DNA of 64,000 nt from an uncultured Acidobacteriota bacterium (GTDB lineage: Bacteria; Acidobacteriota; Thermoanaerobaculia; Multivoradales; UBA5704): the NCBI GenBank assembly GCA_963770895.1, contig CAVYRF010000001.1, positions 640,001 through 704,000 of the forward strand. The letters are read 5' to 3'. The notes below the pieces were generated by a model that had not been told where the DNA came from, ran no database searches, and was given only the letters and a program-made list of their open reading frames with translations. Positions within the stretch are counted from its first letter, which is position 1. Each line of letters opens with the position of its first letter. Positions 39,895 to 50,078 of this stretch are shown in pieces. Made by a program: the position numbers and the translations under genes.

Positions 39895-39925
39895 GGGTCA
39901 TCTGGAAGGTCATCTAGGAGGAAGT

Positions 39926-40999
39926 GTGGCGGAGGACAAAAAGGTCGTGCTTTCGGGCATGCGCTCGACCGGCAAGATCCACCTGGGCAACTATTTTGGC
40001 GCCCTCAAGAACTGGGTCGACATGCAGGACCGCTACCGCTGTTATTACATGGCTGCCGATTGGCACGCCCTGACCAGCGACTACGCCGACACCTCGCAGG
40101 TCGAAGACTCGACGGTGGAGATGGTGTCCGACTGGATCGCCGCCGGCCTCGATCCGCAGCGCTCGGTCATCTTCGTCCAATCGATGGTCCCCGAGCACGC
40201 GGAGCTCCACCTGCTGCTGTCGATGATCGCGCCGCTCGGCTGGCTGGAGCGCGTGCCGACCTACAAGGAGCAGCTGGCGCAGATCGAAAACCGCGACCTT
40301 GCCACCTACGGCTTTCTCGGCTATCCCGTTCTGCAGACCGTCGATATCGTCATGTACAGGGCGCACTTCGTGCCGGTGGGGGAAGACCAGGCCAGCCACC
40401 TGGAGCTCGCCCGCGAGCTGGTGCGGCGCTTCCATCATTTCTACGGCCAGGTCTTTCCCGAGCCGCAGGCGCTGTTCACGCCGACGCCCAAGGTGCCCGG
40501 CCTGGACGGCCGCAAGATGTCCAAGTCCTATGGCAACGCCATCAACCTCTGCGATCCGCCCGAAGAGATCCAGCGCAAGTGCATGCAGATGTTCACCGAC
40601 CCGCAGCGCCTGCGGCGCCGCGATCCGGGCCGGCCCGAGGTCTGCAACCTGTTCGAGTTCCACCGCCTGCTGTCGCCGCCGGAAACCGTCCTGCGCGTCG
40701 AAAGCGAATGCCGCGCCGCCACCATCGGCTGCGTCGACGACAAAAAGCTGATCGCTCAGATCATCATCGACTATCTGGAACCGATCCGCCGCCGCCGCGA
40801 AGAGCTGGCGCGCGACCGCGACACCGTCTTCGACATCCTCGCCCACGGCTCGCGGCTGGCGCGCGAGCGAGCGCAGGAGACCATGGAGGCCGTGCGCTCC
40901 GCCATGCACCTCGGCTACAGCCGCCTGCGTCAGATCGCCGCGCAATTGCCGGAGCAGCCGCGCCAGCCCCAGCCGCCGCAGGAGGAACGGCTGGCATGA
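39926..40999 (+). CDS. trpS: Tryptophan--tRNA ligase
   Basis: AGGAGG RBS; 'SGMRSTGKIHLGNY', 'VPVGEDQ', 'KMSKS'. Confidence 0.97.
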   Translation: MAEDKKVVLSGMRSTGKIHLGNYFGALKNWVDMQDRYRCYYMAADWHALTSDYADTSQVEDSTVEMVSDWIAAGLDPQRSVIFVQSMVPEHAELHLLLSMIAPLGWLERVPTYKEQLAQIENRDLATYGFLGYPVLQTVDIVMYRAHFVPVGEDQASHLELARELVRRFHHFYGQVFPEPQALFTPTPKVPGLDGRKMSKSYGNAINLCDPPEEIQRKCMQMFTDPQRLRRRDPGRPEVCNLFEFHRLLSPPETVLRVESECRAATIGCVDDKKLIAQIIIDYLEPIRRRREELARDRDTVFDILAHGSRLARERAQETMEAVRSAMHLGYSRLRQIAAQLPEQPRQPQPPQEERLA

Positions 41000-42003
41000 C
41001 CCAGCACCCGGAGCCGCCGCCGCACGTCGAGGTGGACGCCACCGCCGCAGCCGCCGAAGCCGCCGCAACCGAAGCCGCAGCAACCGAAGGTACCGCAACC
41101 GAAGGCGCCGTCCGGGCCGGCCAGCAAGTCGGCGCCTTCGAGGCCGGCGATCGCGTTGGCGGCGCCAAAGACGGCGAGGGCGGCACGGATGCAGCTGGCG
41201 AAGAGCACGATGCCGGCGCCGTCCAGGCTGGCAAGCTCCTGCCGGCGGCGTGGCGGGTGCAGCTGCAGATGTTCGAAGGGCCGCTGGACCTCCTGCTGCA
41301 CTTGATCAAGCTCAACCGCGTGGAGATCACCGACATCCCGGTGGCGACCATCTGCGATCAGTTTCACGCCTACCTGCAACTGATGGAAGAGCTCAACCTG
41401 GATATCGCCGGCGAATACATCTACGAGGCCGCGCTGCTCATCCAGATCAAGTCCAAGATGCTGCTGCCGCGGCCGGCGGCGCGTGCGGGCGTGCCCGAAG
41501 AAGACCCGCGCCAGGAGTTGGTGGCGCGCCTGTTGGAATACCGGCGCATCAAGGACGTCGCCCAATCCTTCGCCGAGGTGGACCGCCTGCGCGGCGGCGT
41601 CTGGACTCGCCGCCCGCAGCCCCTGCCCGCCGCGCCCCCCGAAGAAGAGGTGGTCGATCTCGGCGAGGTGTCGCTGTTCGATCTGCTCTCGGCGCTGCGC
41701 CAGACCCTCAAGCGCTACGACCGCGAGCATCCGCCGCCGCTGCAGGTTTCGGCGGAAGCCTATTCGGTGCGCGACCAGTTCGACCGCCTGCTGGGCGAGC
41801 TCGACGCCGGCCGGCCCTTCGATCTGCTCGCCGACCTGCGCCGCCTCTCCTGCCGCGCCGAAGCGATCGCCGCCTTTCTCGCCGTCCTGGAGCTGGCGCG
41901 CCTCAATCTCATCCGCGTCCATCAGACCGACAGCGGCGAGATCCTGGTCTACCGCACCACCCGCGAGCTCGCCACCGCCGAGCGCGAGGCCATCGGCGCA
42001 TGA
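40996..42003 (+). CDS. scpA: Segregation and condensation protein A
   Basis: 'FEGPLDLLLHLI', 'IKSKMLLP', 'DPRQELVARLLEY', 'FLAVLEL'; acidic N-terminal extension. Confidence 0.95.
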   Translation: MTQHPEPPPHVEVDATAAAAEAAATEAAATEGTATEGAVRAGQQVGAFEAGDRVGGAKDGEGGTDAAGEEHDAGAVQAGKLLPAAWRVQLQMFEGPLDLLLHLIKLNRVEITDIPVATICDQFHAYLQLMEELNLDIAGEYIYEAALLIQIKSKMLLPRPAARAGVPEEDPRQELVARLLEYRRIKDVAQSFAEVDRLRGGVWTRRPQPLPAAPPEEEVVDLGEVSLFDLLSALRQTLKRYDREHPPPLQVSAEAYSVRDQFDRLLGELDAGRPFDLLADLRRLSCRAEAIAAFLAVLELARLNLIRVHQTDSGEILVYRTTRELATAEREAIGA

Positions 42004-43844
42004 CCCGACACCCGAAGCAGCCAGACATCGCAGAACAGCAGGCCCTCCAGCCGCTGGGCACCCCCGCGCCGAAAGGTGCGCCGGATGACGCGTCGTCCAA
42101 CGCGGTGGACCAGGCGACGGCGAAAGGATTGGAAGGGTCTTCCGCAACAGCTCCCAAAGAGGCGTCAGATGAGGCGTCGTCAAACGCGGTGGACCGGGTG
42201 ACGGCGAAAGAATTGGAAGGGTCTTCCGCAACAGCGGCGGATGAGGCGGCGGGCAAATCGCCAGACGAGCCGTTACCAGAGGCAGCGGACAAGGCTTCCT
42301 CCGCGGCGTCGCAGGAGGTGCGCGGCGAGCCGTCGGCCGCGGCAGCGGCAGAAGCGCTGGACCAAGCGCCTGAAGCACCGGGCGCCGTAGCAGCGGCAGC
42401 GCCGGACGCGGAACCGGCCAAATCGGCGGGCGAGGGACCAGCGGAAGCGCCGGACGCGGGGCCGGCGGCAGCGGCGGAGCAGGAGCTGGCGGAAGCGGCA
42501 GATGCGGAACCGGCCGAAGCAGCGGGCGACGAACCGGCCGAAGCAGCGGGCGACGAACCGGCCGAAGCAGCGGGCGACGAACCGGCCGAAGCAGCGGGCG
42601 ACGAACCGGCCGACGCGGCGGGCGACGAACCGGCCGACGCGGCGGGCGACGAACCGGCCGACGCGGCGGGCGAGGGACCGGCCGACGCGGCGGGCGAGGG
42701 ACCGGCCGACGCGGCGGGCGAGGGACCGGCCGACGCGGCGGACCAGGAGCCGGTGGAAGTGGCGGATGCTGAGGCGCTGGACCAGGAGCTGGCAGAAGTG
42801 CCGGACCAGGAGCTGGCAGAGGCGGAGAGCGGGAGAGGCGGGACGGAGCGGGCGGAGATGGAAGCGACCATGGAAGCCATCCTGTTCGTGTCCTCCGAGC
42901 CCGTGCCGCGGTCGCGGCTGATCGACATGTTCGGGGGGCAGGGCGAACAGGCGGCGGAGGCGCTGGCAGCGGTGTTGGCGCGGTACCAGGGCGAGAGCGG
43001 GCGGGGCATCATGGTCGAAGACGTGGCGGGCGGCGTGCGGCTGGTGACGCGGCCAGAAACAGGGGCGTCGCTGCGGCGCTTCTTCGACGTGTCCGGCGGC
43101 AACAAGCTGTCGATGGCGGCGTTGGAAACCTTGGCGATCATCGCCTACCGCCAGCCCATCACCGGCCCCGAGATCCAGGAGCTGCGCAGCGTAAGTCCCG
43201 CGGGGGTGCTCAAAACCCTGCTCGAAAAGCGCCTGGTGCGCATCGCCGGGCGCAAGGAAGTGGTCGGCAAGCCGTTTCTGTACGCCACCACGCGGGAGTT
43301 CCTGGTCCACTTCGGCCTCAACAGCCTGCGCGACCTGCCGCCGCTCGAAGAGTTCGAAGAAACCTTTGGCGCCGCCGCCGGAGCTGGCGCCGCCCTGGGC
43401 GGGGACTTTGGCGCGCCGGCGGAAGACGACCTCTGGTCCAGCCAACCATCCGACGGCGTTCGCCCAGCCGGCGCGCTCGACGACGAGGATCGCGAAGAGC
43501 GCATCCTGCGCGAAGCCGCCGAGCTGGCCGATCGCGAAGCCGGCGCCGAGGAGCACACGCCGCCCGACCACGGCGCGAACGTCGGCGCTGCGCACACGCA
43601 GCACGACCACGGCGCGAACGTCGGCCCTGCGCACACGCCGCCCGACCACGGCGCGAACGTCGGCGCTGCGCACACGCAGCACGACTTCGGCGCCGGCGCC
43701 GGGGGGAACCACACGCAGCACGGCCACGTTGCCGGTGGCGGTGCCGGGCACGAGCAACACGACGCCGGCGCCGATGCCGCCGGCGAGGACCCCGCCGCCG
43801 CGTCGGGCGACGGTGATGACGAGGCGGAAGGGGAGGAGCCATGA
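42000..43844 (+). CDS. scpB: SMC-Scp complex subunit ScpB with long repetitive extensions
   Basis: 'EAILF', 'LSMAALETLAIIAYRQPIT', 'YATTREFL.HFGLNSL.DLP'; about 285-aa acidic N-terminal extension and a His-containing C-terminal repeat. Confidence 0.93.
   Translation: MTRHPKQPDIAEQQALQPLGTPAPKGAPDDASSNAVDQATAKGLEGSSATAPKEASDEASSNAVDRVTAKELEGSSATAADEAAGKSPDEPLPEAADKASSAASQEVRGEPSAAAAAEALDQAPEAPGAVAAAAPDAEPAKSAGEGPAEAPDAGPAAAAEQELAEAADAEPAEAAGDEPAEAAGDEPAEAAGDEPAEAAGDEPADAAGDEPADAAGDEPADAAGEGPADAAGEGPADAAGEGPADAADQEPVEVADAEALDQELAEVPDQELAEAESGRGGTERAEMEATMEAILFVSSEPVPRSRLIDMFGGQGEQAAEALAAVLARYQGESGRGIMVEDVAGGVRLVTRPETGASLRRFFDVSGGNKLSMAALETLAIIAYRQPITGPEIQELRSVSPAGVLKTLLEKRLVRIAGRKEVVGKPFLYATTREFLVHFGLNSLRDLPPLEEFEETFGAAAGAGAALGGDFGAPAEDDLWSSQPSDGVRPAGALDDEDREERILREAAELADREAGAEEHTPPDHGANVGAAHTQHDHGANVGPAHTPPDHGANVGAAHTQHDFGAGAGGNHTQHGHVAGGGAGHEQHDAGADAAGEDPAAASGDGDDEAEGEEP
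42507..42746 (+). repeat. 24-bp in-frame tandem repeat, 10 copies of (E/G)PA(E/D)AAG(D/E)
   Basis: GAACCGGCCGAAGCAGCGGGCGAC and stepwise variants. Confidence 0.9.
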
Positions 43845-46810
43845 GCGAGGAGCGGTTGCAGAAGATCCTGGCGCGAGCCGGGGTGACCTCGCGGCGCAAG
43901 GCGGAAGAGCTGATCCGCGAAGGCCGGGTCACCGTCAACGGCCGCCAGGCGGAGATCGGCGACAAGGCCGACCCCGAACGCGACTGGGTGAAGCTCGACG
44001 ACCGGCGCATCCAGGCCCGCACCGGCGGCGTCCATCGCTACCTGCTGCTCAACAAGCCGCGCGGCGTCATGTCCACCGTCGCCGACCCCGCCGGCCGCAC
44101 CACCGTCATCGACATGGTGCCGCCGGCCCTGCGCCGCGGCCTGGCGCCGGTCGGCCGCCTGGACTTTCATACCGAAGGCCTGCTGCTGCTCACCGACGAC
44201 GGCGAGCTGGCGCAGCAGGTCGCCCATCCCTCCTTCGGCTGCTGGAAAACCTACGAAGTCAAGGTCAAGGGCCGCCCCCTCGCCGCCGATCTCGACCGCC
44301 TGCGCGAAGGCTTCGTGATCGACGGGCGCCGCACCGCCCCCTGCCGCATCACCGCCCTCGACCGCCGTCCGCCCCCCGCCGGCCGCCGCCGCGCCAGTCC
44401 CGAAGCCGACAATACCTGGTGGTCCGTCCAGCTCGGCGAAGGCCGCACGCGCCAGATCCGCGAGATGTTCCAGCGCATCGGCCACCCGGTGCGCAAGCTG
44501 CGCCGTGTCGCCATCGGCCCCGTCTCCGATCCCAACCTCCCCGTCGGCGCCCTGCGCGAGCTCAGCGAGCGCGAAGTCGCCGCCCTGCGCAAAGCCCGGC
44601 CCCCCGCGCCGCTCCCCGCCGCCGGCGCCCGGAGCAAGGCCCGCTCGGCCGCGGCGCGCCCCGCAGGCCCAGCCGATGCACAGCGCAAAGACCGCCCGTC
44701 CGGGCGCCCCCCCGCACCCACAGGTGCCGCCCAAAGCAAAGCCCGCCCAGCCGCGCCGCCCGCTGCTGGCGCAGGCGCCGCCCAACGAAAAGGCCGTCCG
44801 TCCGCGGCGTCCCCCGAAGCCCCAGAAGCCGCCAGCGCTCCAGGCCGCGCGCCCGGCCGTCGCGCGGGTGCCGGCGCCGCAAGCGCCAGCGCCGGCGCGT
44901 CCGATCCCTTCGACGACATGGATTTCACCGACTCGCCGCCGGAGCCGCGTCGCTTCAGCCAGCTGGACGCCGGCGACGATCAAGAACCCCTGCCGGACTA
45001 CATTCCGTACGCCGCCGAGGACGATCGAGATCCAGATTGGGCCGGCAGCGACCCCACGCCGCAAGCCAGCGACTCAGCTCTGCCTGACGGCGACGCTGGT
45101 TCGCCTGACTCAGGCGTTGGCGAGCCGCGTCGCTTCAGCCAGCTGGAGGCCGGCGACGATCAAGAATCCCTGCCAGACCCCAGTCCGTACGCCGCCGAGG
45201 ACGATCAAGATCCAGAATGGGCCGGCAGCTACCCCACGCCGCACGCCAGCGACTCAGATCTGCCTGACGGCGGCACTGGTTCGTCCGGCTCAGGCGCTGG
45301 CTCACGTGATGGCAGTGGCGGCTCGCATGGCGACGGCGGAGGACCGCGTCGCGGTAGCGCTGGTCCGCGTGGCCGCGGTGCTGACTCGCGCGGCGTAGGA
45401 GGTGGGCCGCGCGGAGGCGATGCTGATTCGCCTGGCGCAAGCGCTGGCTCGCGAGGCAGCAGCACCCGTCGTCCGCGTAATGAGGGCGGTGGTCCGCGTG
45501 GCGGTGCTGGTTCGCAAGGCGTGAGCGCTGGTTCGCGAGGTAGCAGCGGCCGTCCGCGTGATGAGGGCGACGGTCCGCGTGGCAGTGCAGGCTCGCGAGG
45601 TGTGGGCGGTGCGCGTAGCGGTGGCGCCGGTTCGCCTGGCGCAAGCGCTGGCTCACGACGTGGCAGCGCCCGCCCGCGTGGTGAAGGCGGTGGTCTACGT
45701 GGCAGCGCGGGCGCGCGCGTCGGTGGCGCTGGTTCACATGGCCCAAGCGCCCACCCGCGAGGTGACGGCGGAGATCCGCGTGGCAGCACTGGCTCGCGAA
45801 GAGTGAGCGGAGGTCCACGCGGCGGCGGCGCCGGCTCGCGTGGCGCAAGTGCTGGTTCGCGAGGCAGCAGCACCCGTCCGCGTAATGAGGGCGGTGGTCC
45901 GAGCGCGGGCTCGCGTGGCGTGGGCGACGGTCCGCGCGGCAGCGGCGGTGCTTCGCGAGGCGCAAGCGCTGGTTCGCGAGGCAGCAGCGTCCGCCCGCGT
46001 AATGACGGCGGTGGCCCGCGTGGCAGCGCTGGCTCGCGCGGCGTAGGCAGTGGTCCGCGCGGCAGCGGTGCTGGTTCACGTGGCGCAAGCGCTGATTCGC
46101 GAGGCAGCAGCACCCGCCCGCGTAGTGACGGCGGTGGTCCGCGTGGCACTGCTGGCTCGCGCGGCGTAGGCAGCGGTCCGCGTGGTGGCGGTGCTGGTTC
46201 ACGAGGCGCAAGCGCTGCTTCGCGAGGCAGCAGCACCCGCCCGCGTAGTGACGGCGGTGGTCCGCGTGGCACTGCTGGCTCGCGCGGCGTGGGCAGCGGT
46301 CCGCGTGGTGGCGGCGCTGGCTCGCGAAGCAACAGCCCCCGCCCGCGTGGTGACAGCGCCGGTCCGCGTGGCGTTGCCCCTCCGCGAGGTGGTGGCAGTG
46401 GTCCGCGTGCCAGCGGCGCCGGCCCGCGTAGCACAAGCGCTGGCTCGCGAAGCAGCAGCCCCCGTTCGCGTAATGACGGCGGCGGTCCGCGTGGTAGCGC
46501 TGGTCCGCGAGGCGCGGGCGCTGGTCCGCGTGGCGGCGCCGGTCCGCGCGGCGGCGGTGCCCGCCCGCGCGGCGTGGGTGGAGGATCGCGTGGTAGCAGT
46601 GCCGGCCCGCGTGGCGTCAGTGGTGGTCCGGGTGGCGGCAGTGCCGGATTGCGCGCCGGCAGCGCTGGTTCGAAGAGCCGCGGCACTGGTCCGCGGCGCG
46701 GCGGTGCCGGACCGCGTGGCGCTGGCGGGGGCGGGCCGCGCCGCAGCCCCGGGGGTGGCGGCCGGCCGGGGCGGAGCGGTGGCGGTGGGGCGCGGCGAGG
46801 GCGTGGGTAG
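43841..46810 (+). CDS. rluB: 23S rRNA pseudouridine synthase (RluB/RsuA family) with a roughly 740-aa disordered tail
   Basis: S4 '[22 protein letters not shown]', 'LNKPRG', catalytic '[18 protein letters not shown]', 'EGRTRQIR'; lies between scpB and cmk. Confidence 0.9.
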   Translation: MSEERLQKILARAGVTSRRKAEELIREGRVTVNGRQAEIGDKADPERDWVKLDDRRIQARTGGVHRYLLLNKPRGVMSTVADPAGRTTVIDMVPPALRRGLAPVGRLDFHTEGLLLLTDDGELAQQVAHPSFGCWKTYEVKVKGRPLAADLDRLREGFVIDGRRTAPCRITALDRRPPPAGRRRASPEADNTWWSVQLGEGRTRQIREMFQRIGHPVRKLRRVAIGPVSDPNLPVGALRELSEREVAALRKARPPAPLPAAGARSKARSAAARPAGPADAQRKDRPSGRPPAPTGAAQSKARPAAPPAAGAGAAQRKGRPSAASPEAPEAASAPGRAPGRRAGAGAASASAGASDPFDDMDFTDSPPEPRRFSQLDAGDDQEPLPDYIPYAAEDDRDPDWAGSDPTPQASDSALPDGDAGSPDSGVGEPRRFSQLEAGDDQESLPDPSPYAAEDDQDPEWAGSYPTPHASDSDLPDGGTGSSGSGAGSRDGSGGSHGDGGGPRRGSAGPRGRGADSRGVGGGPRGGDADSPGASAGSRGSSTRRPRNEGGGPRGGAGSQGVSAGSRGSSGRPRDEGDGPRGSAGSRGVGGARSGGAGSPGASAGSRRGSARPRGEGGGLRGSAGARVGGAGSHGPSAHPRGDGGDPRGSTGSRRVSGGPRGGGAGSRGASAGSRGSSTRPRNEGGGPSAGSRGVGDGPRGSGGASRGASAGSRGSSVRPRNDGGGPRGSAGSRGVGSGPRGSGAGSRGASADSRGSSTRPRSDGGGPRGTAGSRGVGSGPRGGGAGSRGASAASRGSSTRPRSDGGGPRGTAGSRGVGSGPRGGGAGSRSNSPRPRGDSAGPRGVAPPRGGGSGPRASGAGPRSTSAGSRSSSPRSRNDGGGPRGSAGPRGAGAGPRGGAGPRGGGARPRGVGGGSRGSSAGPRGVSGGPGGGSAGLRAGSAGSKSRGTGPRRGGAGPRGAGGGGPRRSPGGGGRPGRSGGGGARRGRG

Positions 46811-46812
46811 GC

Positions 46813-47520
46813 GTGACGGCATCCAGCGCGGCGGCGGTGGTGGTGGCGATCGATGGGCCCTCTGGAGCGGGTAAGAGCACCGTGGCGCGGCGGCTGGCGC
46901 GGCGGTTGGGGGTGCCGTTCCTGGACACCGGCGCGATGTATCGCGCCGTGGGGCTGCGGGTGCTGCAGGAGGGCATGGACCCTGGCGACCGCGCCGCCGT
47001 CGAGGCGCTGGCGGCGCGAACCGACGTGACCCTGCGGGCGCGCGACGACGGCAGCTTCGAGGTGCTGCTGGAGGGGGCGCCGGTCGAAGCGCTCATCCGC
47101 ACGCCTGCGGTCGATGCGGCCAGCTCGACGGTCGCCACCCATCCGGCGGTGCGCCGGCGGCTGGTCGAGTTGCAGCGCGCGGCGGCGCGGCAGTTCGGGG
47201 GGGTGCTGGAGGGGCGCGACATCGGCTCGCGGGTCTTTCCTGACACGCCGCACAAGTTCTTCCTGGATGCGCGCCCCGAGGTCCGCGCCCAGCGTCGCCA
47301 CGACCAGCTGGCCGCCGCCGGGCGGCTGGTCCCGATCGAACAGATCCGCGACGAGATCCGCAGCCGCGACCAGCGCGACAGCACGCGTGCCGACTCGCCG
47401 CTGACGCGCGACGCCTCCTATACCTACCTGGACGCCTCCGACCTGGACGCCGACGCCATCGTCGATCGCCTCGCCACGCTCATCGCCCAGCGTGCGGCCG
47501 ACCCAGGGGAGAAGATATGA
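46813..47520 (+). CDS. cmk: Cytidylate kinase
   Basis: '[12 protein letters not shown]', 'LDTGAMYR', 'EGRDIG', '[12 protein letters not shown]'. Confidence 0.97.
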   Translation: MTASSAAAVVVAIDGPSGAGKSTVARRLARRLGVPFLDTGAMYRAVGLRVLQEGMDPGDRAAVEALAARTDVTLRARDDGSFEVLLEGAPVEALIRTPAVDAASSTVATHPAVRRRLVELQRAAARQFGGVLEGRDIGSRVFPDTPHKFFLDARPEVRAQRRHDQLAAAGRLVPIEQIRDEIRSRDQRDSTRADSPLTRDASYTYLDASDLDADAIVDRLATLIAQRAADPGEKI

Positions 47521-48134
47521 AGGGATCGCTCACCCGGAGCCCGGCCCGCACCGGTGCGATTCGAAACGCCTTCATGGACCACCTGGGTGGCTTGCGCGCC
47601 GGGGACATCGCTTGGGTGGCCGCGCCGCGCGTGCGGGCGCTTGCCGTGTTCCTTGGCTTGTCGGTCCTGCTGGCATCGTGCGGCGGCGGCCATGCGGGAC
47701 CCACCGCTCCCGCGGCGCAGGCGGAGATCGCCGGCACCTGGGATGTCACCTGGGCGCCGCAGGGCTCTCCCTTCGCGCTTGCGGGGCTGGGATTGATGAG
47801 CCAGAGCGGCGCCACGGCGAGCGGCACCCTGTCGCTCGCGGCGTTTCCCTTCTCGATCACGGGCCCGGTCACCGGGTCGTCGTATCAATGGCAGGCGCCG
47901 GATGGCGGCTGCGGCAGCTTCAAGGGCTCGGTGACGTTCAGCGGCCTCGCGCCCACGCAGATGAGCGGCACCGCCACCCTCGATACGACCGCCTGTTCTT
48001 CGGGCCAGGAGCTGCTGACCGGCGCGATCACCTGGATCAAGGCGTCCAACACCATCGAGTCGCGCCCCCTCGGCCGGCACCGCACCCTGGCCGGGCTGGT
48101 CGCGGCGCTCAAGGCAGCCGGCGGGCGGCAATAG
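47517..48134 (+). CDS. Putative lipoprotein
   Basis: Lipobox-like LLASC followed by 'GGG..PTAP', 'IAGTW' and a beta-rich body. True start may be downstream. Confidence 0.6.
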   Translation: MKGSLTRSPARTGAIRNAFMDHLGGLRAGDIAWVAAPRVRALAVFLGLSVLLASCGGGHAGPTAPAAQAEIAGTWDVTWAPQGSPFALAGLGLMSQSGATASGTLSLAAFPFSITGPVTGSSYQWQAPDGGCGSFKGSVTFSGLAPTQMSGTATLDTTACSSGQELLTGAITWIKASNTIESRPLGRHRTLAGLVAALKAAGGRQ

Positions 48135-48356
48135 CGGGCGCCGCGCCGCGGATCGTCCGATCGCGCGCGAGCAGGGCACATCCGCGGCGCGATCGGTACA
48201 ATATCTTGATGAGATGGATGCTTCCGTGCGCAAGCGCCGCACCGTGACCTCCATCCTTTTGCCGCGCCCCGGCCAACCCGCCGCGGGGCGCGGTCCGGTG
48301 CCCAGGTTCCCCGCGCAATGCAGCGCGGCGGCCGGCGGGTGCGGAGAAAGCGCTCC

Positions 48357-49763
48357 ATGAAGAGACCTGCCTGGTCGACGCTGCTGCTGGCGGCGTTCGC
48401 GTTGTCGACGCTGGTACTGGCCGCTCCCTCCGCCGCCACGGCCGCGGCTCCTGGTTCCGAAGCCGGGTCTGCCATGCGGCTGGTGATCGACCGTGCCTGC
48501 TCGGCGGCGGTGCAGGCGACCAGCGGCGATGACGCGGCGGCGGCCCCCGCCGCCTCGTCGTCCTGCCTGGCATCGGCGATCGGCCGCAAGGTCCTGGCCG
48601 GCGACGTGGTGGAGTACAGCCTGCAGGTGCAGGTCGGCCCCGGCGAGCACGACATGATCGGCCTGCACCGGGTGGTGCGGGAGGTGGCGCCGTTCGTGCC
48701 GGTGCACGCGGGGCGGGCGCTGATGATGGCGCACGGCGATGCCTGGGGGTTCGACGCCGCCTTTCTGACCGGCCTGGTCTCCCCCGTTCCAGCGGCCCTG
48801 CCGGTCTTTCTGGCTCAGAACGGCATCGACGTGTGGGGGATCGACTTTCGCTGGACCCTGGTGCCCGCCACCACGACCAGCTTCACCTTCATGCAGACCT
48901 GGGGCATTGCGACCGACGCCGGCGACCTCGGCGTGGCGCTCGGGGTTGCCAGGCTGACCCGCCGCCTGACCGGCGACGGCAACGCCAAGCTCGACCTGCT
49001 GGGGTGGAGCCGCGGCGGCGAAACCGCCTACGTCTACGTGAACGCGGAGACCCAGGTGCCCGCCACCCTGCGCCAAGTCGGCGGCCTCATCCCGGTGGAC
49101 ATCTTCGTGCGCACCGACTCGGCAGACGTGCGCCAGGCTGCGTGCGCCCGCCAGGCCGCCGAGCAGGCGCTGTTCACCGCCGGCACCTTCGACAGCAATT
49201 CCGGCACGCTGTTCGCCACCTTGGGCAACCTGGCGATTGCAGCGCCGACCGCCGCGTCGCCCATCCTTGCCGGCCTGACCAACCAGCAGGCGGCGCTGCT
49301 CGCCGGCTCGGCGACCTATTCGCTGCTGCCGCCCGGCCAATCGTTCACGCCCTTCTACCACTTCGTCGCCGGCACCTTTGACGCCCAGGGTCTGCCCACG
49401 GGATTCACCTACACCCCGCAGCTGACCTGGTTCACCGAGCTGGCAGGCGCCGCCCCCTTCGAGCCCGAAAAGGTGCTGGCTGACGGCGACTCCTACGTCT
49501 GCGGCCAGGCCAGCCTGCCGACCGGCGACCACCTGGCGGAGATCACCCTCCCGGTCCTCTTCATCGGCGCCGGCGGCGGCGTCGGCCAATACGGCGTCTA
49601 CACCACCACCCTCCTGGGCAGCTCCGACATCACCATCCACATCGTCCAGCTGCAACCCACCTCAGCCCGCGCCCTCGATTTCGGTCACGTCGACATCTAC
49701 GACGCCGCCAACGCCCCCAGCCAGGTCTGGCAAACCATCCTGACCTGGATGCAAGCCCACTAA
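48357..49763 (+). CDS. Secreted alpha/beta hydrolase
   Basis: Signal peptide; 'MAHG', 'GIDVWGIDFR', nucleophile elbow GWSRG, 'ITLPVLFIG', 'FGHVD'. Confidence 0.8.
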   Translation: MKRPAWSTLLLAAFALSTLVLAAPSAATAAAPGSEAGSAMRLVIDRACSAAVQATSGDDAAAAPAASSSCLASAIGRKVLAGDVVEYSLQVQVGPGEHDMIGLHRVVREVAPFVPVHAGRALMMAHGDAWGFDAAFLTGLVSPVPAALPVFLAQNGIDVWGIDFRWTLVPATTTSFTFMQTWGIATDAGDLGVALGVARLTRRLTGDGNAKLDLLGWSRGGETAYVYVNAETQVPATLRQVGGLIPVDIFVRTDSADVRQAACARQAAEQALFTAGTFDSNSGTLFATLGNLAIAAPTAASPILAGLTNQQAALLAGSATYSLLPPGQSFTPFYHFVAGTFDAQGLPTGFTYTPQLTWFTELAGAAPFEPEKVLADGDSYVCGQASLPTGDHLAEITLPVLFIGAGGGVGQYGVYTTTLLGSSDITIHIVQLQPTSARALDFGHVDIYDAANAPSQVWQTILTWMQAH

Positions 49764-50078
49764 CCCAGGCCCCACACCGCGTCAGGCCCGCCGATCTCGG
49801 TGCCACCGGCGCCAGCCCACAATCGCTGGCGCCGGTCCCTGGTGATCGTCGGGATCGTAAAGATCCAAGGCAGCTCCCCCCCGATGCGATGCCGCGGCGG
49901 CGCCGTTCAAGTTCCGGCTGGCACTGCCGCGGGGAAGCAAGGGCAGGCGGGAGGAATCCTCGCGGTGCTCCACTTCCAGGGCCGCGAGCCGCGGTGGCCG
50001 GCGGCTGCCGGATCGTCTGCTGGCTGGTCCTACGCCACCCACGAGGCGAGGCGCGCTGCGCAGGTGGGAGCTGGACCT

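Noticed and set aside
45229-47301. 690-aa Pro/Arg-rich minus-strand ORF
   Set aside because: Antisense shadow of the rluB tail repeats and cmk; stop codons are rare at this GC content.
48197-48261. TACAAT followed by an imperfect hairpin and CTTTT upstream of the hydrolase, possible riboswitch or attenuator
   Set aside because: The stem is poorly paired in the middle and matches no riboswitch consensus I can recognise; an Infernal search would be needed.
47424-49655. 743-aa minus-strand ORF, and similar long shadows such as 29567..31294, 27646..29385 and 37765..39750
   Set aside because: Antisense to genes with clear family motifs; no motifs of their own.
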